Assembly (NCBI GenBank): GCA_013288325.1
Contig: JABDCB010000005.1
Coordinates: 16,484-80,483 of the forward strand
Direction: 5' to 3'
Length of the DNA: 64,000 nucleotides
DNA from: Bacteroidota bacterium
GTDB lineage: Bacteria > Bacteroidota > Bacteroidia > Palsa-965
Under the pieces are notes generated by a model. That model was not told where the DNA came from. It ran no database searches and was given only the letters and a program-made list of their open reading frames with translations. The stretch's first letter is position 1, and the number at the start of each line of letters is the position of its first letter. Below, in pieces: positions 22,049-30,502 of this stretch. The translations under genes and the position numbers were made by a program.

Positions 22049-22080
22049 AACCATTCCTAGCATACAGGAATGGTTTTTTT
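22049..22080 (+). terminator. intrinsic terminator
   Basis: aaccattcc (22049-22057) pairs with ggaatggtt (22067-22075) around a 9-nt loop; the T run (ttttttt, 22074-22080) starts within the 3' arm. Confidence 0.8.
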
Positions 22081-22096
22081 GCTTTTAATAAGTCAT

Positions 22097-22162
22097 ATGA
22101 TGTCAGTTAACGCAAATATATACAAGGGTATTATAGTCATTCGGAGGTTTAATCCGGAATGA
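22097..22162 (+). promoter_or_regulatory. candidate leader peptide ORF upstream of ilvE
   Basis: MMSVNANIYKGIIVIRRFNPE contains an Ile-Ile-Val-Ile run. A terminator-like hairpin follows it directly. Confidence 0.3.
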
Positions 22163-22185
22163 GAAAGCCGCATTGTTTACAACAG

Positions 22186-22213
22186 CCTTTCTCTTCCATG
22201 AAAGGTTTTTTTT
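22186..22213 (+). terminator. attenuator-type terminator upstream of ilvE
   Basis: cctttc (22186-22191) pairs with gaaagg (22200-22205), followed by T8 (22206-22213). Upstream, ggaatgagaaag (22156-22167) can instead pair with ctttctcttcc (22187-22197). Confidence 0.4.
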
Positions 22214-22282
22214 GAATTCGGGTATATTATATAGGGAATATTAAATAGGAGTATTTTAAAAGAGAAACCAAAACCAATAGTT

Positions 22283-23185
22283 ATGTATTACAAAGAAAAC
22301 ACAATGCTTTATCTCGATGGCCGCTGGCAGAAAGCATCGGAATCGCATGCCGGATTGTATGATCAGACACTTCATTACGGATATGGAGTTTTTGAGGGTA
22401 TCCGGAGCTATACCACACAAGACGGCCCTCGTATTTTTCGTGCCAGAGACCATTATGAGCGGCTTCGACGTTCTTGCGAAAGCATTGGAATCCCATTTAC
22501 TTATGATGTGGAAGAACTGGAGGCAGTAACCTATCAGCTGCTGGAGAAAAACGGATTTAAAGATGCATATATCCGACCTCTGGTGTTTTGTGGCCCGAAT
22601 ATGAGTCTTACATCACCCACTGAAGTACATATCCTGATATGTGCTTGGGAATGGGCTGCTTATCTGGGGCAGAGAAATCTGAAATTGAAGATTTCAGGTT
22701 TTTGCCGGCCACATCCTAAATCTATTCATGTAGAAGCCAAAGCTTGTGGTCACTATGTAAATTCTATCCTGGCAACAACAGAAGCAAAAAAAGATGGGTA
22801 CGATGAGGCTCTTTTGTTGGATTATCAAGGATTTTTGGCTGAAGGGCCGGGTGCAAATCTTTTTTTTGGAAAAGGGATGACACTTTTTACACCGGCAAAA
22901 GGTTCGATTCTGCCTGGTATTACCCGTGACACGATTTTCAAGTTGTGTAGGGAGATGGGAATTACGGTGAAGGAGGGGAACTACTTACCCAGTGAGCTAA
23001 GGGGGGCAGATTATGCTTTTTATTGCGGAACAGCTGCCGAGGTGGCGGGCATTGAATCGGTCGATGGGCATCTGTTTGCATTACCCTGGATCAGTTCATC
23101 AGGCAAAAAGATACAGGAAGCATATACGGCATTGGTACATGAAAAAACAATCCATCATGTATTTCCGATTGCAGGGAAAGTTTGA
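22283..23185 (+). CDS. ilvE: branched-chain amino acid aminotransferase (class IV)
   Basis: 300 aa with 'YGYGVFEGIR', 'EAKACGHYVNS' and 'EGPGANLFF'. Confidence 0.92.
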   Translation: MYYKENTMLYLDGRWQKASESHAGLYDQTLHYGYGVFEGIRSYTTQDGPRIFRARDHYERLRRSCESIGIPFTYDVEELEAVTYQLLEKNGFKDAYIRPLVFCGPNMSLTSPTEVHILICAWEWAAYLGQRNLKLKISGFCRPHPKSIHVEAKACGHYVNSILATTEAKKDGYDEALLLDYQGFLAEGPGANLFFGKGMTLFTPAKGSILPGITRDTIFKLCREMGITVKEGNYLPSELRGADYAFYCGTAAEVAGIESVDGHLFALPWISSSGKKIQEAYTALVHEKTIHHVFPIAGKV

Positions 23186-23644
23186 GAAATGCAATTCCAG
23201 GACTTGGTAAACTAAATTGACTTGCATGAGTTAAAACATAGTCATATGGGGAGGCCGATTTAGGGAACAGGAACATGGAAAGAAGGGGTGTTACCCGATG
23301 GGATTCCTCAATGACAAAAAAAGCTCATCGTTTTGGCAATATCAGCTACGTGAAGTAACCTAGTGTAATTACGTAATCTCTATGTTAAGGTAATTGCCGG
23401 ATTGATTATAATGAGGTGGGTTGTTTGTCAATGAAATCAGCGCGTTTGGCCAGTATTGGGTTGCAATTTCGGGCTTCCGATCAGAAAGAATAGCCGAGAA
23501 GTGAGTTTGATTTGGGACAATATATAAGCCAAATTTGCGTATGTGTTAATAGTCACACCGCCGAAAGGACTAACCCTCCTGTATCAACTTTTATCTCCGT
23601 TGATCACCGAGTAGGCACTAATGTCTGTAGTTGGATTAACTTAA

Positions 23645-23676
23645 CTCATCCGGTGGAGATCGGGTGAGTTTTTTTT
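23645..23676 (+). terminator. intrinsic terminator ending a 0.5-kb ORF-free region
   Basis: ctcatccg (23645-23652) pairs with cgggtgag (23661-23668), including one G-U pair, around an 8-nt loop. T8 follows at 23669-23676. Confidence 0.75.
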
Positions 23677-23695
23677 ATTGCATTTTCGCCGAGAC

Positions 23696-25216
23696 TTATA
23701 CGAGAATATTTCCATCCATTTCTGCCGGTATAGGCAACCCAAGAATATGAAGAATAGTTGGGGCCAAATCTCCCAACTTACCATCCTTTATACTTCTATA
23801 GCCTTTGTCAATTAGAATGCAAGGAACCGGGTTCATACTATGCGCAGTATTAGGAGTCCCATCGGGATTAATCATATAATCTGCATTGCCATGGTCGGCA
23901 ATTATTATAAAAGAATATCCAGCCATTATGCCGGCTTCTACAATCTGTTTAAGACATCCATCCACACATTCCAGAGCTTTTACAACAGCTGGATAAACTC
24001 CTGTATGTCCTACCATATCCGCATTGGCAAAATTCAGACAGATAAAATCGGTCTTCCCTTCATTCAGCTTTGGAAGAATTGCATCCGTAATAAGTTTTGC
24101 GCTCATCTCCGGCTGTAAATCATAAGTGGCTACTTTGGGTGAAGGGATCAGGATTCGCTCTTCACCGGGAAATGTTTCCTCCCTGCCACCATTGAAAAAG
24201 AAGGTAACATGAGGATATTTCTCTGTTTCTGCTATCCGTATTTGTTTGCATCCGTTTTCTGAAAGGACTTCCCCAAGCGTATGGTGCAGGTTATCTTTCT
24301 CGTACAACACTTTAATCCCTTTAAAGCGTTCATCGTATGGGGTCATCGTTATGTAATGGAGAGGAATGGTTTTCATGCCCAATTCAGGCATATCCGTCTG
24401 CGTTAAAACCTGAGTTATTTCCCGACAACGATCGGTCCTGAAATTAAAACAAATCACTACATCCCCTTCCTGAATCGTAGTGAGCGCATTTCCTTCCTTA
24501 TCCGTAATGACTGACGCTTTTATAAATTCGTCGCTTATCTGTTGTGTATAAGAAGCTGCTATTGCCTCTGTTACGGTATTAAAACGAGTACCTTTCCCGT
24601 GTACCAATAAGTCGTAGGCCATCTTAACCCGTTCCCAGCGTTTATCTCTGTCCATAGCATAATACCTCCCTATGACTGAGGCAATCCGGGCCGAGAGAGG
24701 TCTGATATGTTGTTCCAGCTTCTCCAAAAAACCTTTTCCACTATGTGGATCAGTATCTCGTCCATCTGTAAAGGCATGTATAAACACATTTTTTATTCCT
24801 TGGGCGTTGGCTATATCACATAGCTTATGCAAATGTTCCTGAGAAGCATGAACCCCTCCATCGGAAACAAGACCCATTAAGTGGACTTGTTTCTGTTGCA
24901 GTTTCGCATAAGCTAAAGCTTCCAGTAACACAGGGTTCATATCCAGTTTTCCCTGTTTTACGTCTTTGTTGATTCGTACAAGATCTTGGTATACAACTCT
25001 TCCGGCACCAATATTCATATGGCCCACTTCACTGTTTCCCATTTGTCCGTCAGGTAATCCAACCTGTTCACCAAACGTTCTGAGTTTGGAGTGCGGATAA
25101 GTACTCATCAGGCTTTTGAAAAACGGAATGTTTGATGAGGCCATTGCATCCGAACGGGAGCCATCTCCCAGGCCCCAGCCGTCAAGGATGAGTAATGCCA
25201 GTTTTTTATTGTTCAT
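23696..25216 (-). CDS. gpmI: 2,3-bisphosphoglycerate-independent phosphoglycerate mutase
   Basis: 506 aa with 'LLILDGWG', 'MGNSEVGHMNIGAGR' and 'ADHGNA'. Confidence 0.95.
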   Translation of the reverse strand: MNNKKLALLILDGWGLGDGSRSDAMASSNIPFFKSLMSTYPHSKLRTFGEQVGLPDGQMGNSEVGHMNIGAGRVVYQDLVRINKDVKQGKLDMNPVLLEALAYAKLQQKQVHLMGLVSDGGVHASQEHLHKLCDIANAQGIKNVFIHAFTDGRDTDPHSGKGFLEKLEQHIRPLSARIASVIGRYYAMDRDKRWERVKMAYDLLVHGKGTRFNTVTEAIAASYTQQISDEFIKASVITDKEGNALTTIQEGDVVICFNFRTDRCREITQVLTQTDMPELGMKTIPLHYITMTPYDERFKGIKVLYEKDNLHHTLGEVLSENGCKQIRIAETEKYPHVTFFFNGGREETFPGEERILIPSPKVATYDLQPEMSAKLITDAILPKLNEGKTDFICLNFANADMVGHTGVYPAVVKALECVDGCLKQIVEAGIMAGYSFIIIADHGNADYMINPDGTPNTAHSMNPVPCILIDKGYRSIKDGKLGDLAPTILHILGLPIPAEMDGNILV

Positions 25217-26202
25217 GAGGTAGCAGGTAAAACAAATTCAAAGATACTTCCTTTGGGTATATTATTTTTAACGGTAAGTGTCCCTCCGTGCATCACGGAA
25301 AGGTATTTGGCAATATAAAGTCCGAGTCCGGTACCTTGTGTGCTTCTTGTTTCTTCATTACCGGCACGATAAAATTTATTAAATATTAATGCCTTGTCTT
25401 TTTCACTAATCCCGATTCCCTCATCTGCAACTGAAAGTTTTATGCCCCCCGATGTTTGCTTCAGACACACTTTAACAGGTGTTCCCGGAGGAGAATATTT
25501 CAATGCGTTTTCGCAAAGGTTAAGAACAATGGAAGGGAAATTGAATCGATCTATTTCTGCTATCACCCCAGGCTGGATATCGAGTTGTAATATTCTTTGA
25601 CCATGCCCCTGGGTTTGAAACTTATTTGTCAGACTTTGTAACAGCTCACTTAAGTTTGTTTGTTCCCTGTGAATACGAAACGAGCTGTCATCAATTCGGG
25701 CTGCAAGCAGAATGTTTTCTACAAGTGCATTCAAACGGTCTATATCAATCATCGCCCCTTGAATAATTTCTTTTTGTTTCGCTTTTTCAAGGTCACGGAC
25801 TGCAAGCGTTTCCATTTGAAGCCGGGCTGAAGCTAGTGGCGATCGTAATTCATGGGTAATACTGAGAATAAAATTATTCTGCTGCCGGTTAAGGGCATTT
25901 TCTTTGTTAAAAGAGGAACGTGTAATGAGAATTCCTGAAATCAACAATACAAAGAAAACGGAGCCTTCTCCTGTTATCATAACCCACCGGGTATGAAGTT
26001 TTTTTTCCAGGTCATTGCCCAGAGCAATTGTTTCCTGCAGCCCGGATGATTTTGCCACATTCAGCTCCGTTTTGAGATGGTAAATCTCTGCATTTAGTGA
26101 AAACAGCAGATAAGACCACCAACAGAACTGGAAAACAACATACACTACCAAAATATAAAAGCCAAGTAAGGGCCGGCGCTTTTTACCGGAAAAGATTGAC
26201 AT
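25213..26202 (-). CDS. sensor histidine kinase (two N-terminal TM helices, HisKA, HATPase_c)
   Basis: H-box 'ITHELRSPL', N-box 'LCENALKYS', G1 'DEGIGI' and G2 'GTGLGL'. The stop overlaps the gpmI start (ATGA). Confidence 0.9.
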   Translation of the reverse strand: MSIFSGKKRRPLLGFYILVVYVVFQFCWWSYLLFSLNAEIYHLKTELNVAKSSGLQETIALGNDLEKKLHTRWVMITGEGSVFFVLLISGILITRSSFNKENALNRQQNNFILSITHELRSPLASARLQMETLAVRDLEKAKQKEIIQGAMIDIDRLNALVENILLAARIDDSSFRIHREQTNLSELLQSLTNKFQTQGHGQRILQLDIQPGVIAEIDRFNFPSIVLNLCENALKYSPPGTPVKVCLKQTSGGIKLSVADEGIGISEKDKALIFNKFYRAGNEETRSTQGTGLGLYIAKYLSVMHGGTLTVKNNIPKGSIFEFVLPATS

Positions 26203-26299
26203 AGGGGTAAAGTTAGCGTTTTAAAAGACCATTCAGAATAAAAGGATGCGGAAGAGGCAGAGCCCCATTTCAATAGCAATTAAATTCCGGAACCATTTA

Positions 26300-26638
26300 T
26301 CAAGGCCCTGTTAGCCCTTCACTTACAGTATAGTACTGTAAGGTGTCCTGTTTGAAATGAAAACGAAGCAGCCATCGCCTCGAAATCATAAACCGTGCAT
26401 GGCTGTCGGGAGAGATAAACTCCACCAGACTATCACCATAAGATTGAAGAAAAACATGCTTTTCCTGATCCAAAACCATTTTTAAGGTGCTTAAGGAGGT
26501 GTGGGCAGACAGTTTTTTATCAAGTGCAGTCCGAACAGCCGATTCTGTCCTTAATTTTTTCCATTTCAAAGGATTGCCAGGATTTTCGGCCTGAAAGGAA
26601 AAGAAGGAAAAAAGGGGGATTAAGAGCAAAGTTTTCAT
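26300..26638 (-). CDS. small secreted protein, function unknown
   Basis: Signal-like N-terminus 'MKTLLLIPLFSFFSFQA'. 112 aa. Confidence 0.5.
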   Translation of the reverse strand: MKTLLLIPLFSFFSFQAENPGNPLKWKKLRTESAVRTALDKKLSAHTSLSTLKMVLDQEKHVFLQSYGDSLVEFISPDSHARFMISRRWLLRFHFKQDTLQYYTVSEGLTGP

Positions 26639-26787
26639 GGCAAAAGCAGGTCAAAGCTAGGGAATATAACGATATTTCAAAGACCCCTATTTTGGCCTAA
26701 ATGTCTTTGAACCAATTACTTCTAACTAAAACAAAGAGCTTTTACTCCAATTCGAATAATTTATTTACTTTAGACCCTTCTTGAGTT

Positions 26788-26795
26788 TATGTTTG
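26788..26795 (+). promoter_or_regulatory. -7 box (TAnnTTTG)
   Basis: TATGTTTG lies 26 nt upstream of the ATG at 26821. Confidence 0.45.
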
Positions 26796-26820
26796 CACGA
26801 CTAACTTTAAAATCCTGGAA

Positions 26821-28434
26821 ATGAAAAAATTCATTACCTTTTTTGTGTCTTTGTCAGCCGTTTTTAGCCTTGGAAAAGGAGCTTGTAATGCCCAGTCATC
26901 GGTTCCAACGCCGGTTAGTCCTTTATATGCCGCTGATATTACAGTAGAGTCTAATAATTTAGCCAACCAACGTAACGTAAAAATAGCTGCCGCCTCCAAT
27001 GGATGGCTTTTTGCAGCTTATCTGGTAAATGATTCAGTTTCCGGAAAAGGCGGTGTTGTGGTACGCTATTCCAAAAACGGAGGTATCAACTGGATGCCTT
27101 TCAATAATTATCCTTATTTCAGGCATTCTGAATACAAAGCATGTGATATCACGGTATCAGGTGCTGATACAAATCACCTGAATGTATTTGTTGGAGATGT
27201 TCGCATGGATCTGACAACCAAAAAATACGAAGTAGAAGTACAACGTTATATCAAAAATACAGCGTATCCATCGACAGAAGTATTCTTTCAGCAATTGGAT
27301 ACTAATCAGGTATATGATATAGCCCTGGCAAATAATTACCGTCAGATAACCAGCAAAGACTCCCTGTATAATGTGGGACTTATCTATTCCCATCGGGGAA
27401 TAGGAAAGGACTCGATTGTATTTGCAACGACAGAAAAGAAGCTGGCTAATAAATTCGGAAAGCCTGTTGTAATTGCCAATGCACCTCATTACCGCAAAGT
27501 GTCGCTGGCATATATGCATAGCAGTAGTATCCACGGCGCTTATTGTGCTGCATGGGAATTGCTTGATACTACATACAGCACCGTTGGTCATATCCAGTTT
27601 TCAAGAACAATAAGAAATCTTGATTCTGCCTGGAATAAACCAGTTTACCTGGATTCTCTTCTTTCGGCGACAACGGATAAAGTACGTAGCCCAAGTATTT
27701 CCTGCCAGTATAATGCTGCCGATAACGACAGTGCCAGTGCCAGCATTGCAGTATCGTATGATTATTACAATGGAAGCAATTTTGATATAATCGGAAGCTA
27801 CAACATGAGAGGTGATTCCACTAATTTCTGGAATTCATTTGTTATCGATAGCACGGGTCATAATGAAATACAGAGCAAACTGAGTTATGACCCTTTTGCC
27901 AATAATTTTGTGACCACTTTTTATGATTCCACATCAGGTGCATTACAGTATATGAGTCAGTCGGCTAATTTTACTACTCCCCGTACCTGGACCGTAAACA
28001 ATACCCAATACAACAACAATACGGCCAATCTGAAAGCGCCATGGCCGCAAGTGGTTATGAATCCATCTAACAACAAAGCATTCTTTGCATGGGTCATGGA
28101 TCCTTCCAACAATAATGGGGTGGTACTATGCGATGGAGAATATCTGTTTACCGGGATTTCAGAGCAAAGCATGAGCGGCTTTGATGTTTTAACCCCATAT
28201 CCTAATCCGGCCAATAGCGGGGCTTACCTGCCTGTTTCCAGTGATATTCCGGTAGTGCTTACCATTTCATTATACAATGCGATGGGGCAACTTATGAATA
28301 CAAGTACCGAACACATCGGTGGGGGCATTCAGTTGCTGGAACTAAATACGTCTACTTATGCTGCCGGTGTTTATTTCTGTCATATTGCAACAGCAGAAAA
28401 AACAATAACCCGTCGTTTGGTGGTTGAACACTAA
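26821..28434 (+). CDS. secreted protein with T9SS type A C-terminal sorting domain
   Basis: Signal peptide, a BNR-like 'YSKNGGINW', and a C-terminal domain of about 80 aa ('TPYPNPANSGAYL...GVYFCHI...RRLVVEH'). Confidence 0.75.
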   Translation: MKKFITFFVSLSAVFSLGKGACNAQSSVPTPVSPLYAADITVESNNLANQRNVKIAAASNGWLFAAYLVNDSVSGKGGVVVRYSKNGGINWMPFNNYPYFRHSEYKACDITVSGADTNHLNVFVGDVRMDLTTKKYEVEVQRYIKNTAYPSTEVFFQQLDTNQVYDIALANNYRQITSKDSLYNVGLIYSHRGIGKDSIVFATTEKKLANKFGKPVVIANAPHYRKVSLAYMHSSSIHGAYCAAWELLDTTYSTVGHIQFSRTIRNLDSAWNKPVYLDSLLSATTDKVRSPSISCQYNAADNDSASASIAVSYDYYNGSNFDIIGSYNMRGDSTNFWNSFVIDSTGHNEIQSKLSYDPFANNFVTTFYDSTSGALQYMSQSANFTTPRTWTVNNTQYNNNTANLKAPWPQVVMNPSNNKAFFAWVMDPSNNNGVVLCDGEYLFTGISEQSMSGFDVLTPYPNPANSGAYLPVSSDIPVVLTISLYNAMGQLMNTSTEHIGGGIQLLELNTSTYAAGVYFCHIATAEKTITRRLVVEH

Positions 28435-28456
28435 TCGAAAAAAAACTACTTGATTC

Positions 28457-28492
28457 AAAACCGGGGTGATTCACTTCCGGTTTTGTTTTTTT
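28457..28492 (+). terminator. intrinsic terminator
   Basis: aaaaccgg (28457-28464) pairs with ccggtttt (28477-28484) around a 12-nt loop. A T-rich tail follows. Confidence 0.7.
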
Positions 28493-28534
28493 AGAGAAAC
28501 GTTCATTTCATTCCTCATTCTTAATAAAATCAAG

Positions 28535-29479
28535 ATGGCTACCCATTGTATTGTTATCCACGGAGGTGCAGGAACGATCCTTCGCAGTAGTATGAATCCG
28601 GAAATGGAAGCAGCCTATCGGAGCGGGCTTAAAGCTGCTCTCGAAAAGGCAGATGAGCTACTCCATAAAGGGGGAAGTGCACTTGATGCCGTTGAATTGG
28701 CTGTGTCTGTCATGGAAGATAATCCCTTGTTTAATGCAGGGAAAGGCAGTGTATTTACACACGATGGAAAAAATGAAATGGATGCATCCATTATGTGTGG
28801 TAATACACTCAAGGCAGGAGCAGCGTCTGGTTTGATGCATATAAAAAACCCTGTTCGTCTGGCCCGTGAAATCATGGACCATTCAGAGCATGTCTTCTTA
28901 TGTGGCAAAGGAGCAGAAGAATTTGCTCAAAGCCGACAGATGCAAATGGAGCCCGAAAGTTATTTTTATACCAAACAGCGCTATGATCAGTTGCTGGAAA
29001 TACGTGATACCGGGAAAACTCAAATGGACCATTCGGCTCCTGCTGAAAAACCTTCGGAGAAAAAGTTTGGTACAGTTGGAGCTGTAGCGCTTGATACGTA
29101 TGGTAATCTGGCAGCGGCAACTTCTACCGGCGGAATGACGAATAAGCGCTTTGGAAGGGTTGGAGATACCCCCATCATCGGAGCCGGCACTTATGCCAAT
29201 AATAATAGTTGTGCAGTATCCTGTACAGGCCATGGAGAGCTTTTTATACGTGCGGTTGTAGGGCACGATGTGGCTTGTATGGTAGAATATGGAAAACGGT
29301 CGTTACATGAAGCCTGTGATGAAGTAGTAAATAAAAAGCTGGTCAAGTTGGGAGGAGAAGGAGGATTGATAGCCATAGACCGGCAGGGAAATGCCGAAAT
29401 GATTTTTAATTCCGAAGGGATGTACCGGGGCATTAAAAAGGCAGACGGGGATTTCCAGATTGCTATTTACCGGGACTGA
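28535..29479 (+). CDS. iaaA: isoaspartyl peptidase / L-asparaginase (Ntn hydrolase)
   Basis: 'IVIHGGAG' and the autoprocessing site 'GTVGAVALD'. Start set at the ATG at 28535, after the terminator. Confidence 0.9.
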   Translation: MATHCIVIHGGAGTILRSSMNPEMEAAYRSGLKAALEKADELLHKGGSALDAVELAVSVMEDNPLFNAGKGSVFTHDGKNEMDASIMCGNTLKAGAASGLMHIKNPVRLAREIMDHSEHVFLCGKGAEEFAQSRQMQMEPESYFYTKQRYDQLLEIRDTGKTQMDHSAPAEKPSEKKFGTVGAVALDTYGNLAAATSTGGMTNKRFGRVGDTPIIGAGTYANNNSCAVSCTGHGELFIRAVVGHDVACMVEYGKRSLHEACDEVVNKKLVKLGGEGGLIAIDRQGNAEMIFNSEGMYRGIKKADGDFQIAIYRD

Positions 29480-29488
29480 AATGATAGA

Positions 29489-30364
29489 TTACTTGATCGG
29501 GTGCTCTTGCGGAGCAATTGCATAAAATTTACGCTCCTGCAAATGATAAAAATTCCCTTTTGCCATTACATGAACCACCATATTTTCAATAGAGATAGGA
29601 GCGCCTTCGGGTAAATCGGCAATATTGGAATAACGGATATTATGTCCGTCAAAAATAAGGATAAGTCCCGATCCGATAGCCTCCATACGATCTCCATCGG
29701 TAATCAGCACTCCCGTATCTTCTCCGAGACCAATACCTATACATCCCGGATTGCTTGCCACGGCTTGTGCTAAACGGCCGAACCGCCCTCTGGTAACGAA
29801 GTGGGAATCGATAATAACATCTTTAATAAAAGCAAGCCCGGTCGTAATCTTTACCTCCCCTTTTTGCAAAGCACCGGTACTGCTACCTTGGTATATCATT
29901 GTATTCGACATAGCCATTGCTCCGGCACTGGTACCTGCAATGACAAAATTTTCGTGCATATAACGTTCTGTGAGCACTTTCAGGAATTCAGTACCTCCGA
30001 AAATCATGCTGAGGCGAAGCTGGTTGCCGCCTGTAAACATCACTCCGTCGGCTTTGCGTATCCTTTCGGTATATTCCGGAAGCAGCACATCATTCCGATT
30101 TTTGATATGAATCACTCCTACCTTATTGCATCCCAGTTTGCCGAATGCCTGAATATAATTTTCACCTACTTCTTCCGGTATTACGGAAGCGGTTGTGATC
30201 ACTTCCACCAATGAATCCGGGCCTTTCATTTCGGAAAGGATACGTTTCAGTATTCCAAATTCAAAGAAATTCAAATCGACTTTCTGTGTAAAGTTTGGCT
30301 CTATGCCAGTACCTTTATCTTCACTCCCCCCGATAGAAATCAGCTTTCCTTTAGGAATACTCAT
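29489..30364 (-). CDS. cphB: cyanophycinase (S51 peptidase), no signal peptide
   Basis: 291 aa with 'ISIGGSEDKG', 'FTGGNQLRL' and 'AGTSAGA' (nucleophile Ser). Confidence 0.88.
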   Translation of the reverse strand: MSIPKGKLISIGGSEDKGTGIEPNFTQKVDLNFFEFGILKRILSEMKGPDSLVEVITTASVIPEEVGENYIQAFGKLGCNKVGVIHIKNRNDVLLPEYTERIRKADGVMFTGGNQLRLSMIFGGTEFLKVLTERYMHENFVIAGTSAGAMAMSNTMIYQGSSTGALQKGEVKITTGLAFIKDVIIDSHFVTRGRFGRLAQAVASNPGCIGIGLGEDTGVLITDGDRMEAIGSGLILIFDGHNIRYSNIADLPEGAPISIENMVVHVMAKGNFYHLQERKFYAIAPQEHPIK

Positions 30365-30502
30365 GGCAAACAGATTGATTTAGGAACAAAATTAACAGAA
30401 TAGCAAGGATTCCTTAATTCCCCAGCTTACAATTATCACATTATTTTGAACATCCAATGAAAGCCGGAGAATAATCCGTACATTCATCAAAATCCTAGCG
30501 CT

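Noticed and set aside
21607-22050. Full-length 147-aa minus-strand ORF from the track
   Set aside because: The N-terminal two-thirds are low-complexity and Ile-rich. They run antisense through a plus-strand unit that has its own -7 box and strong terminator. Only the basic C-terminal 47 codons are retained, at low confidence.
23186-23695. Tried to match the ORF-free region to RNase P RNA, tmRNA, SRP RNA, or the TPP, cobalamin, FMN and ZTP riboswitch cores
   Set aside because: None of the conserved core strings I know is present on either strand (for example GAGGAAAGTCC, a tag-peptide ORF ending in ALAA, CTGAGA...ACCTGA, or the B12 box). It is kept only as an unclassified sRNA candidate.
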